Positions 1-15,000 of a stretch of DNA of 64,000 nt are shown piece by piece. Position 1 is the stretch's first letter. Each line of letters starts with the position of its first letter. Below the pieces are notes generated by a model. That model saw only the letters and a program-made list of their open reading frames with translations, was not told the origin of the DNA and did not search any database. The DNA is taken from positions 372,001 through 436,000 of the forward strand of contig NC_086109.1 in assembly GCF_963921235.1 (NCBI RefSeq), written 5' to 3'. This DNA is from Mobula hypostoma (Eukaryota). Position numbers and translations under genes: made by a program.

Positions 1-3000
1 GGCAGATTCACTCTGTGTCTGATCAGTGTTCTGGGAGTGTGTGATCGGACAGTGTGGAGGGAGTTTCACTCTGTGTCTGACCAGTGTCCTGGGAGTGTGT
101 GATGGGACAGTGTAGAGGGAGTTTCACTCTGTGTCTGACCCGTGTCCTGGGAGTGTGTGATGAAACAGTGTAGAGGGAGTGTGTGATGGACAGTGTAGAG
201 GGAGTGTGTGATGGACAGTGCAGATATAGTGTGTGATGGGACAGTGTAGACGGAGAGTGTGATGGACAGTGTAGGAGGAATGTGTGATGGGACAGTGTAG
301 AGGGAGTGTGTGATGGACACTGCAGAGGGAGTGTGTGATGGGACAGTGTAGAGAGAGCGTGTGATGGGACAGTGCAGGGGGAGTGTGTGATGGGACGGTG
401 TGGAGGGAGTGTGTGATGGGACAGCGTAGAGGGAGTTTGTGATGGTTCTGTGTAGGGGGAGTGTGCGATGGACAGTGTAGAGGGAGTGTGTGATGGACAG
501 TGTAGAGGGAGTGTGTGGTGGGACAGTGTAGAGGGAGTTTTACTCTGTGCCTGACCCGTGTCCAGGGAGTGTGTGATGGGACAGCGTAGAGTGAGTTTCA
601 CTCTGCGTCTGACCCGTGTCCTGGGAGTGTCTGATGGGACAGTGCAGAGGGAGTGTCTGATGGGACAGTGTAAAGGGAGTTTCACTCTGTGTCTCACCTG
701 TGTCCTGAGAGTGTGTGATGGGACAGTGTAGAGGGAGTTTCACTCTGTGTCTGACCTGTGTCCTGGGAGTGTGTGATGGGACAGTGTAGAGGGAACTTCA
801 CTCTGTGTCTGACCCGTGTCCTGGGAGTGTGTGATGGGACAGTGTGGAGGGAGCTTCACTCTGTGTTTGACCTGTGTCCTGGGAGTGTGTGATGAGACAG
901 CGTAGAGGGAGCTTCACTCTGTGTCTGACCCGTGTCCTGGGAGTGTGTGATGGGACAGTGTAGAGGAAGTGTGTGATGGGACAGTGTAGAGGGAATGTGC
1001 GATGGGACAGTGCAGAGGGAGTGTGTGTTTGACAGTGTAGAGGGAGTGTGTGATGGGACAGTGTAGAGGGAGATTTACTCTGTGTCTGACCCGTGTCCTG
1101 GGAGTGTGTGATGGGACAGTGGAGAGGGAGTTTGTGCTGGGACAGTGCAGAGGGAGTTTCACTCTGTGTCTGACCCGTGTCCTGGGAGTGTGTGATGGGA
1201 CAGTGGAGAGGGAGTTTGTGCTGGGACAGTGCAGAGGGAGTTTGTGATGGGACAGTGTACAGGGAATGTGTGATGGCCAGTGTCGCGGGAGTGTGTGGTA
1301 GGACAGTGTAGAGGGAGTGTGTGATGGTACAGTGTAGAGGGAGTGTGTGATGGGACAGTGCAGAGGGAGTTTCACTCTGTGTCTGACCCGTGTCCTGGGA
1401 GTGTGTGATGGGACAATATAGAGGGAGCGTGTGATGGGACCGTGTAGAGGGAGTGTGTGGTAGGACAGTGTAGAGGGAGTGTGTGATGGTACAGTGTAGA
1501 GGGAGTGTGTGATGGGACGGTGTAGAGGGAGTGTGTGATGAGACAGGTAGAGGGAGTGTGTGATGGATCTGTGTAGGGGGAGTGTGCGATGGACAGTGCA
1601 GAGGGAGTGTGTGATGGGACAGTGTAGAGGGAGTGTGTGATGGACAGTGTAGAGGGAGTGTGTGGTAGGACAGTGTAGAGGGAGTGTGTGATGGTACAGT
1701 GTAGAGGGAGTGTGTGATGGGACAGTGCAGAGGGAGTTTCACTCTGTGTCTGACCCGTGTCCTGGGAGTGTGTGATGGGACAGTGTAGAGGGAGTGTGTG
1801 ATGGGACAGTGTAGAGGGAGTTTCACTCTGTGTCTGACCCGTGTCCTGGGAGTGTGTGATGGGACAATGTAGAGGGAGCGTGTGATGGGACCGTGTAGAG
1901 GGAGTGTGTGGTAGGACAGTGTAGAGGGAGTGTGTGATGGTACAGTGTAGAGGGAGTGTGTGATGGGACAGTATAGAGGGAGTTTCACTCTGTGTCTGAC
2001 CCGTGTCCTGGGAGTGTGTGATGGGACAGTTTAGAGGGAGCATGTGAAGGGACAGTGTAGAGGGAGTGTGTGATGGGACAGTGTAGAGGGAGTTTCACTC
2101 TGTGTCTCACCTGTGTCCTGAGAGTGTGTGATGGGACAGTGTAGAGGAAGTTTCACTCTGTGTCTGACCTGAGTCCTGGGACTGTGTGATGGGACAGTGG
2201 AGAGTGAGTTTGTGATGGGACAGTGTAGGGGGTGTGCGTAATGGGATAGTTTAGAGGGAGTGTGTGATGGGACAGTGTAGAGGGAGTGTGTGTTGGACAG
2301 TGTAGAGGGAGTATGTGATGGTACAGTGTAGAGGGAGTGTGTGATGGGACAGTGTAGGGGGAGTGTGTGATGGGATAGTTTAGAGGGAGTGTGTGATGGG
2401 ACAGGGTAGAGGGAACTTCACTCTGTGTCTGACCCGTGTCCTGGGAGTGTGTGATGGGATAGTGCAGAGGGAGCTTCAATCTGTGTTTGACCCGTGTCCT
2501 GGGAGTGTGTGATGAGACAGTGCAGGGGCAGTGTGTGATGGACAGTGTAGAGGGAGTTTGTGATGGACAGTGTAGATATAGTGTGTGATGGGACAGTGCA
2601 GAAGGAGAGTGTGATGGATCTGTGTAGGGGGAGTGTGCGATGGACAGTGTAGAGGGAGTGTGTGATGGACAGTGTAGAGGGAGTGTGTGGTAGGACAGTG
2701 TAGAGGGAGTGTGTGATGGTACAGTGTAGAGGGAGTGTGTGATGGGACAGTGTAGAGGGAGCGTGTGATGGGACAGTGTAGAGGGAGTGTGTGATGGGAC
2801 AGTGTAGACGGAGTTTCACTCTGTGTCTCACCTGTGTCCTGAGAGTGTGTGATGGGACAGTGTAGAGGAAGTTTCACTCTGTGTCTGACCTGAGTCCTGG
2901 GACTGTGTGATGGGACAGTGGAGAGTGAGTTTGTGATGGGACAGTGTAGGGGGTGTGCGTAATGGGATAGTTTAGAGGGAGTGTGTGATGGGACAGTGTA

Positions 3001-6000
3001 GAGGGAACTTCACTCTGTGTCTGACCCGTGTCCTGGGAGTGTGTGATGGGACAGTGTAGAGGGAGTGTGTGTTGGACAGTGTAGAGGGAGTATGTGATGG
3101 TACAGTGTAGAGGGAGTGTGTGATGGGACAGTGTAGGGGGAGTGTGTGATGGGATAGTTTAGAGGGAGTGTGTGATGGGACAGGGTAGAGGGAACTTCAC
3201 TCTGTGTCTGACCCGTGTCCTGGGAGTGTGTGATGGGATAGTGCAGAGGGAGCTTCAATCTGTGTTTGACCCGTGTCCTGGGAGTGTGTGATGAGACAGT
3301 GCAGGGGCAGTGTGTGATGGACAGTGTAGAGGGAGTTTGTGATGGACAGTGTAGATATAGTGTGTGATGGGACAGTGCAGAAGGAGAGTGTGATGGATCT
3401 GTGTAGGGGGAGTGTGCGATGGACAGTGTAGAGGGAGTGTGTGATGGACAGTGTAGAGGGAGTGTGTGGTAGGACAGTGTAGAGGGAGTGTGTGATGGAC
3501 AGTGTAGATATAGTGTGTGATGGGACAGTGTAGACGGAGAGTGTGATGGACAGTGTAGGAGGAATGTGTGATGGGACAGTGTAGAGGGAGTGTGTGATGG
3601 ACACTGCAGAGGGAGTGTGTGATGGGACAGTGTAGAGAGAGCATGTGATGGGACAGTGCAGGGGGAGTGTGTGATGGGACGGTGTGGAGGGAGTGTGTGA
3701 TGGGACAGTGCAGAGGGAGTTTGTGATGGTTCTGTGTAGGGGGAGTGTGCGATGGACAGTGTAGAGGGAGTGTGTGATGGACAGTGCAGAGGGAGTGTGT
3801 GGTGGGACAGTGTAGAGGGAGTGTGTGATGGGACAGTGTAGGGGGAGAGTATGATGGGACAGTGTAGAGGGAGTTTTACTCTGTGCCTGACCCGTGTCCA
3901 GGGAGTGTGTGATGGGACAGCGCAGAGTGAGTTGCACTCTGCGTCTGACCCGTGTCCTGGGAGTGTCTGATGGGACAGTGCAGAGGGAGTGTCTGATGGG
4001 ACAGTGTAAAGGGAGTTTCACTCTGTGTCTCACCTGTGTCCTGAGAGTGTGTGATGGGACAGTGTAGAGGGAGTTTCACTCTGTGTCTGACCTGTGTCCT
4101 GGGAGTGCGTGATGGGACAGTGTAGAGGGAACTTCACTCTGTGTCTGACCCGTGTCCTGGGAGTGTGTGATGGGACAGTGTAGAGGAAGTGTGTGATGGG
4201 ACAGTGTAGAGGGAATGTGCGATGGGACAGTGCAGAGGGAGTGTGTGTTTGACAGTGTAGAGGGAGTGTGTGATGGGACAGTTTAGAGGGAGTGTGTGAT
4301 GGGACAGTGTACAGGGAATGTGTGATGGCCAGTGTAGCGGGAGTGTGTGATGGGACAGTGTAGAGGGAGATTTACTCTGTGTCTGACCCGTGTCCTGGGA
4401 GTGTGTGATGGGACAGTGGAGAGGGAGTTTGTGCTGGGACAGTGCAGAGGGAGTTTGTGATGGGACAGTGTACAGGGAATGTGTGATGGCCAGTGTAGCG
4501 GGAGTGTGTGATGGGACAGTGTAGAGGGAGATTCACTCTGTGTCTGACCCGTGTCCTGGGAGTGTGTGATGGGACAGTGGAGCGGGAGTTTGTGCTGGGA
4601 CAGTGTAGGGGGAGTGTGTGATGGGATAGTTCAGAGGGAGTGTGTGATGGGACGGTGTAGAGGGAACTTCACTCTGTGTCTGACCCGTGTCCTGGGAGTG
4701 TGTGATGGGATAGTGCAGAGGGAGCTTCAATCTGTGTTTGACCCGTGTCCTGGGAGTGTGTGATGGGACAGTGCAGGGGCAGTGTGTGATGGACAGTGTA
4801 GAGGGAGTTTGTGATGGACAGTGTAGATATAGTGTGTGATGGGACAGTGCAGAAGGAGAGTGTGATGGATCTGTGTAGGGGGAGTGTGCGATGGACAGTG
4901 TAGAGGGAGTGTGTGATGGGCAGTGTAGAGGGAGTGTGTGGTAGGACAGTGTAGAGGGAGTGTGTGATGGTACAGTGTAGAGGGAGTGTGTGATGGGACA
5001 GTGTAGAGGGAGCGTGTGATGGGACAGTGTAGAGGGAGTGTGTGATGGGACAGTGTAGACGGGGTTTCACTCTGTGTATCACCTGTGTCCTGAGAGTGTG
5101 TGATGGGACAGTGTAGAGGGAGTTTCACTCTGTGTCTGACCTGTGTCCTGGGAGTGTATGATGGGACAGTGGAGAGTGAGATTGTGATGGGATAGTGTAG
5201 GGGGTGTGTGTAATGGGATAGTTTAGAGGGAGTGTGTGATGGAATAGTGTAGAGGGAGTTTCACTCTGTGTCTGACCCGTGTCCTGGGAGTGTGTGATGG
5301 GACAGTGTAGAGGGAGTGTGTGATGGGACAGTGTAGGGGGAGTGTGTGATGGGACAGTTTAGAGGGAGTGTGTGATGGGACAGGGTAGAGGGAACTTCAC
5401 TCTGTGTCTGACCCGCGTCCTGGGAGTGTGTGATGGGATAGTGTAGAGGGAGCTTCACTCTGTGTCTGACCCGTGTCCTGGGAGTGTGTGATGGGACAGT
5501 GTAGAGGGAGCTTCACTCTGTATCTGACCCGTGTCCTGGGAGTGTGTGATGGGACAGTGTTGAGGGAGCTTCAATCTGTGTCTGACCCGTGTCCTGGGAG
5601 TGTGTGATGGGACAGGGTAGAGGGAACTTCACTCTGTGTCTGACCCGTGTCCTGGGATTGTGTGATGGGACAGTGTAGAGGGAGCTTCACTCTGTATCTG
5701 ACCCGTGTCCTGGGAGTGTGTGATGGGACAGTGTTGAGGGAGCTTAAATCTGTATCTGACCCGTGTCCTGGGAGTGTGTGATGGGACAGTGTTGAGGGAG
5801 TTTCACTCTGTGTCTGACCCGTGTCCTGGGAGTGTGTGATGAAACAGTGTAGAGGGAGTGTGTGATGGACAGTGTAGAGGGAGTGTGTGATGGACAGTGT
5901 AGATATAGTGTGTGATGGGACAGTGTAGACAGAGAGTGTGATGGACAGTGTAGGAGGAATGTGTGATGGGACAGTGCAGAGGGAGTGTGTGATGGACACT

Positions 6001-9000
6001 GCAGAGGGAGTGTGTGATGGACACTGCAGAGGGAGTGTGTGATGGGACAGTGTAGAGAGAGTGTGTGATGGGACAGTGCAGGGGGAGTGTGTGATGGGAC
6101 AGTGTAGAGGGAATGTGCGATGGGACAGTGCAGAGGGAGTGTGTGTTTGACAGTGTAGAGGGAGTGTGTGATGGGACAGTGTAGAGGGAGATTTACTCTG
6201 TGTCTGACCCGTGTCCTGGGAGTGTGTGATGGGACAGTGGAGAGGGGGTTTGTGCTGGGACAGTGCAGAGGGAGTTTGTGATGGGACAGTGTACAGGGAA
6301 TGTGTGATGGCCAGTGTAGCGGGAGTGTGTGATGGGACAGTGTAGAGGGAGATTCACTCTGTGTCTGACCCGTGTCCTGGGAGTGTGTGATGGGACAGTG
6401 GAGCGGGAGTTTGTGCTGGGACAGTGTAGGGGGAGTGTGTGATGGGATAGTTCAGAGGGAGTGTGTGATGGGACGGTGTAGAGGGAACTTCACTCTGTGT
6501 CTGACCCGTGTCCTGGGAGTGTGTGATGGGACAGTGTAGAGGGAGCTTCACTCTGCGTCTGACCCGTGTCCTGGGAGTGTGTGATGGGACAGTGTAGAGG
6601 GAACCTCACTCTGTGTTTGAGCCATGTACTGGGAGTGTGTGATGGGACAGTGTAGAGGGAGTTTCACTCACCGTCTGACCCGTGTCCTGGGAGTGTGTGA
6701 TGGGACAGTGTAGAGGGAGTGCGTGATGGACAGTGTAGAGGGAGTGTGTGATGGGACAGTGTAGAGGGAGTGTGTGATGGACAGTGTAGAGGGAGTGTGT
6801 GGTGGGACAGTGCAGAGGGAGTGTGTGATGGGACAGTGTAGAGGGAGTGTGTGATGGACAGTGTAGAGGGAGTGTGTGATGGGACAGTGTAGAGGGAGTG
6901 TGTGATGGGACAGTGTAGAGGGAGTGTGTGATGGGACAGTGTAGAGGGAGTGTGTGTTGGACAGTGTAGAGGGAGTGTGTGATGGGACAGTGTAGAGGGA
7001 GTGTGTGATGGACAGTGTAGAGGGAGTGTGTGGTGGGACAGTGTCGAGAGAGTGTGTGATGGGACACTGCAGAGCGAGTGTGTGATGGACAGTGTAGGGG
7101 AGTGTGTGATGGGACAGTGTAGAGGGAGTGTGTGATGGGACAGTGTAGAGTGAGTGTGTGATGAACAGTGTAGGGGGAGTGTGTGATGGGATGGTGTAGA
7201 GGGAGTGTGTGATGGGATGGTATAGAGGAAGTGTGTGACGGAGTGTATAGACGGAGTTTCACTCTGTGTCTCACCTGTGTCCTGAGAGTTTGTGATGGGA
7301 CAGTGTACAGGGAATGTGTGATGGCCAGTGTCGCGGGAGTGTGTGGTAGGACAGTGTAGAGGGAGTGTGTGATGGTACAGTGTAGAGGGAGTGTGTGATG
7401 GGACAGTGCAGAGGGAGTTTCACTCTGTGTCTGACCCGTGTCCTGGGAGTGTGTGATGGGACAATGTAGAGGGAGCGTGTGATGGGACCGTGTAGAGGGA
7501 GAGTGTGGTAGGACAGTGTAGAGGGAGTGTGTGATGGTACAGTGTAGAGGGAGTGTGTGATGGGACGGTGTAGAGGGAGTGTGTGATGAGACAGGTAGAG
7601 GGAGTGTGTGATGGATCTGTGTAGGGGGAGTGTGCGATGGACAGTGCAGAGGGAGTGTGTGATGGGACAGTGTAGAGGGAGTGTGTGATGGACAGTGTAG
7701 AGGGAGTGTGTGGTAGGACAGTGTAGAGGGAGTGTGTGATGGTACAGTGTAGAGGGAGTGTGTGATGGGACAGTGTAGAGGGAGTTTCACTCTGTGTCTG
7801 ACCCGTGTCCTGGGATTGTGTGATGGGACAGTGTAGAGGGAGTGTGTGATGGGACAGTGTAGAGGGAGTTTCACTCTGTGTCTGACCCGTGTCCTGGGAG
7901 TGTGTGATGGGACAATGTAGAGGGAGCGTGTGATGGGACCGTGTAGAGGGAGTGTGTGGTAGGACAGTGTAGAGGGAGTGTGTGATGGTACAGTGTAGAG
8001 GGAGTGTGTGATGGGACAGTATAGAGGGAGTTTCACTCTGTGTCTGACCCGTGTCCTGGGAGTGTGTGATGGGACAGTTTAGAGGGAGCATGTGAAGGGA
8101 CAGTGTAGAGGGAGTGTGTGATGGGACAGTGTAGAGGGAGTTTCACTCTGTGTCTCACCTGTGTCCTGAGAGTGTGTGATGGGACAGTGTAGAGGAAGTT
8201 TCACTCTGTGTCTGACCTGAGTCCTGGGACTGTGTGATGGGACAGTGGAGAGTGAGTTTGTGATGGGACAGTGTAGGGGGTGTGCGTAATGGGATAGTTT
8301 AGAAGGAGTGTGTGATGGGACAGTGTAGAGGGAACTTCACTCTGTGTCTGACCCGTGTCCTGGGAGTGTGTGATGGGACAGTGTAGAGGGAGTGTGTGTT
8401 GGACAGTGTAGAGGGAGTATGTGATGGTACAGTGTAGAGGGAGTGTGTGATGGGACAGTGTAGGGGGAGTGTGTGATGGGATAGTTTAGAGGGAGTGTGT
8501 GATGGGACAGGGTAGAGGGAACTTCACTCTGTGTCTGACCCGTGTCCTGGGAGTGTGTGATGGGATAGTGCAGAGGGAGCTTCAATCTGTGTTTGACCCG
8601 TGTCCTGGGAGTGTGTGATGAGACAGTGCAGGGGCAGTGTGTGATGGACAGTGTAGAGGGAGTTTGTGATGGACAGTGTAGATATAGTGTGTGATGGGAC
8701 AGTGCAGAAGGAGAGTGTGATGGATCTGTGTAGGGGGAGTGTGCGATGGACAGTGTAGAGGGAGTGTGTGATGGACAGTGTAGAGGGAGTGTGTGGTAGG
8801 ACAGTGTAGAGGGAGTGTGTGATGGTACAGTGTAGAGGGAGTGTGTGATGGGACAGTGTAGAGGGAGCGTGTGATGGGACAGTGTAGAGGGAGTGTGTGA
8901 TGGGACAGTGTAGACGGAGTTTCACTCTGTGTCTCACCTGTGTCCTGAGAGTGTGTGATGGGACAGTGTAGAGGGAGTTTCACTCTGTGTCTGACCTGTG

Positions 9001-12000
9001 TCCTGGGAGTGTATGATGGGACAGTGGAGAGTGAGATTGTGATGGGACAGTGTAGGGGGTGTGTGTAATGGGATAGTTTAGAGGGAGTGTGTGATGGGAT
9101 AGTGTAGAGGGAGTTTCACTATGTGTCTGACCCGTGTCCTGGGAGTGTGTGATGTGACAGTGTAGAGGGAGTCTGTGTTGGACAGTGTAGAGGGAGTATG
9201 TGATGGGACAGTGTAGAGGGAGTGTGTGATGGGACAGTGTAGGGGGAGTGTGTGATGGGACAGTTTAGAGGGAGTGTGTGATGGGACAGGGTAGAGGGAA
9301 CTTCACTCTGTGTCTGACCCGCGTCCTGGGAGTGTGTGATGGGATAGTGTAGAGGGAGCTTCACTCTGTGTCTGACCCGTGTCCTGGGAGTGTGTGATGG
9401 GACAGTGTAGAGGGAGCTTCACTCTGTATCTGACCCGTGTCCTGGGAGCGTGTGATGGGACAGTGTTGAGGGAGCTTCAATCTGTGTCTGACCCGTGTCC
9501 TGGGAGTGTGTGATGGGACAGGGTAGAGGGACCTTCACTCTGTGTCTGACCCGTGTCCTGGGAATGTGTGATGGGACAGTGTAGAGGGAGCTTCACTCTG
9601 TACCTGACCCGTGTCCTGGGAGTGTGTGATGGGACAGTGTTGAGGGAGCTTAAATCTGTATCTGACCCGTGTCCTGGGAGTGTGTGATGGGACAGTGTTG
9701 AGGGAGCTTCAATCTGTGTCTGACCCGTGTCCTGGGAGTGTGTGATGGGACAGTGTAGAGGCAGATTCACTCTGTGTCTGATCAGTGTCCTGGGAGTGTG
9801 TGATGAAACAGTGTAGAGGGAGTGTGTGATGGACAGTGTAGAGGGAGTGTGTGATGGACAGTGCAGATATAGTGTGTGATGGGACAGTGTAGACGGAGAG
9901 TGTGATGGACAGTGTAGGAGGAATGTGTGATGGGACAGTGTAGAGGGAGTGTGTGATGGACACTGCAGAGGGAGTGTGTGATGGGACAGTGTAGAGAGAG
10001 CGTGTGATGGGACAGTGCAGGGGGAGTGTGTGATGGGACGGTGTGGAGGGAGTGTGTGATGGGACAGTGTAGAGGGAGTTTGTGATGGTTCTGTGTAGGG
10101 GGAGTGTGCGATGGACAGTGTAGAGGGAGTGTGTGATGGACAGTGTAGAGGGAGTGTGTGGTGGGACAGTGTAGAGGGAGTTTTACTCTGTGCCTGACCC
10201 GTGTCCAGGGAGTGTGTGATGGGACAGCGGAGAGTGAGTTTCACTCTGCGTCTGACCCGTGTCCTGGGAGTGTCTGATGGGACAGTGCAGAGGGAGTGTC
10301 TGATGGGACAGTGTAAAGGGAGTTTCACTCTGTGTCTCACCTGTGTCCTGAGAGTGTGTGATGGGACAGTGTAGAGGGAGTTTCACTCTGTGTCTGACCT
10401 GTGTCCTGGGAGTGCGTGATGGGACAGTGTAGAGGGAACTTCACTCTGTGTCTGACCCGTGTCCTGGGAGTGTGTGATGGGACAGTGTGGAGGGAGCTTC
10501 ACTCTGTGTTTGACCTGTGTCCTGGGAGTGTGTGATGAGACAGCGTAGAGTGAGCTTCACTCTGTGTCTGACCCGTGTCCTGGGAGTGTGTGATGGGACA
10601 GTGTAGAGGAAGTGTGTGATGGGACAGTGTAGAGGGAATGTGCGATGGGACAGTGCAGAGGGAGTGTGTGTTTGACAGTGTAGAGGGAGTGTGTGATGGG
10701 ACAGTGTAGAGGGAGATTTACTCTGTGTCTGACCCGTGTCCTGGGAGTGTGTGATGGGACAGTGGAGAGGGAGTTTGTGCTGGGACAGTGCAGAGGGAGT
10801 TTCACTCTGTGTCTGACCCGTGTCCTGGGAGTGTGTGATGGGACAGTGTACAGGGAATGTGTGATGGCCAGTGTAGCGGGAGTGTGTGGTAGGACAGTGT
10901 AGAGGGAGTGTGTGATGGTACAGTGTAGAGGGAGTGTGTGATGGGACAGTGCAGAGGGAGTTTCACTCTGTGTCTGACCCGTGTCCTGGGAGTGTGTGAT
11001 GGGACAATGTAGAGGGAGCGTGTGATGGGACCGTGTAGAGGGAGTGTGTGGTAGGACAGTGTAGAGGGAGTGTGTGATGGTACAGTGTGGAGGGAGTGTG
11101 TGATGGGACGGTGTAGAGGGAGTGTGTGATGGGACAGGTAGAGGGAGTGTGTGATGGATCTGTGTAGGGGGAGTGTGCGATGGACAGTGCAGAGGGAGTG
11201 TGTGATGGGACAGTGTAGAGGGAGTGTGTGATGGACAGTGTAGAGGGAGTGTGTGGTAGGACAGTGTAAAGGGAGTGTGTGATGGTACAGTGTAGAGGGA
11301 GTGTGTGATGGGACAGTGCAGAGGGAGTTTCACTCTGTGTCTGACCCGTGTCCTGGGAGTGTGTGATGGGACAGTGTAGAGGGAGTGTGTGATGGGACAG
11401 TGTAGAGGGAGTTTCACTCTGTGTCTGACCCGTGTCCTGGGAGTGTGTGATGGGACAATGTAGAGGGAGCGTGTGATGGGACCGTGTAGAGGGAGTGTGT
11501 GGTAGGACAGTGTAGAGGGAGTGTGTGATGGTACAGTGTAGAGGGAGTGTGTGATGGGACAGTATAGAGGGAGTTCACTCTGTGTCTGACCCGTGTCCTG
11601 GGAGTGTGTGATGGGACAGTGTAGAGGGAGTGTGTGATGGGACAGTGTAGAGGGAGTTTCACTCTGTGTCTCACCTGTGTCCTGAGAGTGTGTGATGGGA
11701 CAGTGTAGAGGAAGTTTCACTCTGTGTCTGACCTGAGTCCTGGGACTGTGTGATGGGACAGTGGAAAATGAGTTTGTGATGGGACAGTGTAGGGGGTGTG
11801 CGTAATGGGATAGTTTAGAGGGAGTGTGTGATGGGACAGTGTAGAGGGAACTTCACTCTGTGTCTGACCCGTGTCCTGGGAGTGTGTGATGGGACAGTGC
11901 AGAGGGAGTGTGTGTTGGACAGTGTAGAGGGAGTATGTGATGGTACAGTGTAGAGGGAGTGTGTGATGGGACAGTGTAGGGGGAGTGTGTGATGGGATAG

Positions 12001-15000
12001 TTTAGAGGGAGTGTGTGATGGGACAGGGTAGAGGGAACTTCACTCTGTGTCTGACCCGTGTCCTGGGAGTGTGTGATGGGATAGTGCAGAGGGAGCTTCA
12101 ATCTGTGTTTGACCCGTGTCCTGGGAGTGTGTGATGGGACAGTGCAGGGGCAGTGTGTGATGGACAGTGTAGAGGGAGTTTGTGATGGACAGTGTAGATA
12201 TAGTGTGTGATGGGACAGTGCAGAAGGAGAGTGTGATGGATCTGTGTAGGGGGAGTGTGTGATGGACAGTGTAGAGGGAGTGTGTGATGGACAGTGTAGA
12301 GGGAGTGTGTGGTAGGACAGTGTAGAGGGAGTGTGTGATGGTACAGTGTAGAGGGAGTGTGTGATGGGACAGTGTTGAGGGAGCGTGTGATGGGACAGTG
12401 TAGAGCGAGTGTGTGATGGGACAGTGTAGACGGAGTTTCACTCTGTGTCTCACCTGTGTCCTGAGAGTGTGTGATGGGACAGTGTAGAGGGAGTTTCACT
12501 CTGTGTCTGAACTGTGTCCTGGGAGTGTATGATGGGACAGTGGAGAGTGAGATTGTGATGGGACAGTGTAGGGGGTGTGTGTAATGGGATAGTTTAGAGG
12601 GAGTGTGTGATGGGATAGTGTAGAGGGAGTTTCACTCTGTGTCTGACCCGTGTCCTGGGAGTGTGTGATGTGACAGTGTAGACGGAGAGTGTGATGGACA
12701 GTGTAGGAGGAATGTGTGATGGGACAGTGTAGAGGGAGTGTGTGATGGACACTGCAGAGGGAGTGTGTGATGGGACAGTGTAGAGAGAGCGTGTGATGGG
12801 ACAGTGCAGGGGGAGTGTGTGATGGGACGGTGTGGAGGGAGTGTGTGATGGGACAGTGTAGAGGGAGTTTGTGATGGTTCTGTGTAGGGGGAGTGTGCGA
12901 TGGACAGTGTAGAGGGAGTGTGTGATGGACAGTGTAGAGGGAGTGTGTGGTGGGACAGTGTAGAGGGAGTTTTACTCTGTGCCTGACCCGTGTCCAGGGA
13001 GTGTGTGATGGGACAGCGTAGAGTGAGTTTCACTCTGCGTCTGACCCGTGTCCTGGGAGTGTCTGATGGGACAGTGCAGAGGGAGTGTCTGATGGGACAG
13101 TGTAAAGGGAGTTTCACTCTGTGTCTCACCTGTGTCCTGAGAGTGTGTGATGGGACAGTGTAGAGGGAGTTTCACTCTGTGTCTGACCTGTGTCCTGGGA
13201 GTGTGTGATGGGACAGTGTAGAGGGAACTTCACTCTGTGTCTGACCCGTGTCCTGGGAGTGTGTGATGGGACAGTGTGGAGGGAGCTTCACTCTGTGTTT
13301 GACCTGTGTCCTGGGAGTGTGTGATGAGACAGCGTAGAGGGAGCTTCACTCTGTGTCTGACCCGTGTCCTGGGAGTGTGTGATGGGACAGTGTAGAGGAA
13401 GTGTGTGATGGGACAGTGTAGAGGGAATGTGCGATGGGACAGTGCAGAGGGAGTGTGTGTTTGACAGTGTAGAGGGAGTGTGTGATGGGACAGTGTAGAG
13501 GGAGATTTACTCTGTGTCTGACCCGTGTCCTGGGAGTGTGTGATGGGACAGTGGAGAGGGAGTTTGTGCTGGGACAGTGCAGAGGGAGTTTGTGATGGGA
13601 CAGTGTACAGGGAATGTGTGATGGCCAGTGTCGCGGGAGTGTGTGGTAGGACAGTGTAGAGGGAGTGTGTGATGGTACAGTGTAGAGGAAGTGTGTGATG
13701 GGACAGTGTAGAGGGAGTGTGTGCTGGACAGTGCAGAGGGAATGTGCGATGGGACAGTGTAGAGGGAGTGTGTGATGGGACAGTGTAGAGGGCGTTTCAC
13801 TCTGTGCCTGACCCGTATTCTGGGAGTGTGTGTTGGACAGTGTAGAGGGAGTGTGTGATGGGACGGTGTAGAGGGAGTGTGTGATGGGACAGGTAGAGGG
13901 AGTGTGTGATGGATCTGTGTAGGGGGAGTGTGCGATGGACAGTGCAGAGGGAGTGTGTGATGGGACAGTGTAGAGGGAGTGTGTGATGGACAGTGTAGAG
14001 GGAGTGTGTGGTAGGACAGTGTAGAGGGAGTGTGTGATGGTACAGTGTAGAGGGAGTGTGTGATGGGACAGTGCAGAGGGAGTTTCACTCTGTGTCTGAC
14101 CCGTGTCCTGGGAGTGTGTGATGGGACAGTGTAGAGGGAGTGTGTGATGGGACAGTGTAGAGGGAGTTTCACTCTGTGTCTGACCCGTGTCCTGGGAGTG
14201 TGTGATGGGACAATGTAGAGGGAGCGTGTGATGGGACCGTGTAGAGGGAGTGTGTGGTAGGACAGTGTAGAGGGAGTGTGTGATGGTACAGTGTAGAGGG
14301 AGTGTGTGATGGGACAGTATAGAGGGAGTTTCACTCTGTGTCTGACCCGTGTCCTGGGAGTGTGTGATGGGACAGTTTAGAGGGAGCATGTGAAGGGACA
14401 GTGTAGAGGGAGTGTGTGATGGGACAGTGTAGAGGGAGTTTCACTCTGTGTCTCACCTGTGTCCTGAGAGTGTGTGATGGGACAGTGTAGAGGAAGTTTC
14501 ACTCTGTGTCTGACCTGAGTCCTGGGACTGTGTGATGGGACAGTGGAGAGTGAGTTTGTGATGGGACAGTGTAGGGGGTGTGCGTAATGGGATAGTTTAG
14601 AGGGAGTGTGTGATGGGACAGTGTAGAGGGAACTTCACTCTGTGTCTGACCCGTGTCCTGGGAGTGTGTGATGGGACAGTGTAGAGGGAGTGTGTGTTGG
14701 ACAGTGTAGAGGGAGTATGTGATGGTACAGTGTAGAGGGAGTGTGTGATGGGACAGTGTAGGGGGAGTGTGTGATGGGATAGTTTAGAGGGAGTGTGTGA
14801 TGGGACAGGGTAGAGGGAACTTCACTCTGTGTCTGACCCGTGTCCTGGGAGTGTGTGATGGGATAGTGCAGAGGGAGCTTCAATCTGTGTTTGACCCGTG
14901 TCCTGGGAGTGTGTGATGAGACAGTGCAGGGGCAGTGTGTGATGGACAGTGTAGAGGGAGTTTGTGATGGACAGTGTAGATATAGTGTGTGATGGGACAG

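Noticed and set aside
2029..2040. TTAGAGGG variants resembling telomeric TTAGGG
   Set aside because: A single substitution within the 26-mer; no tandem TTAGGG is seen anywhere.
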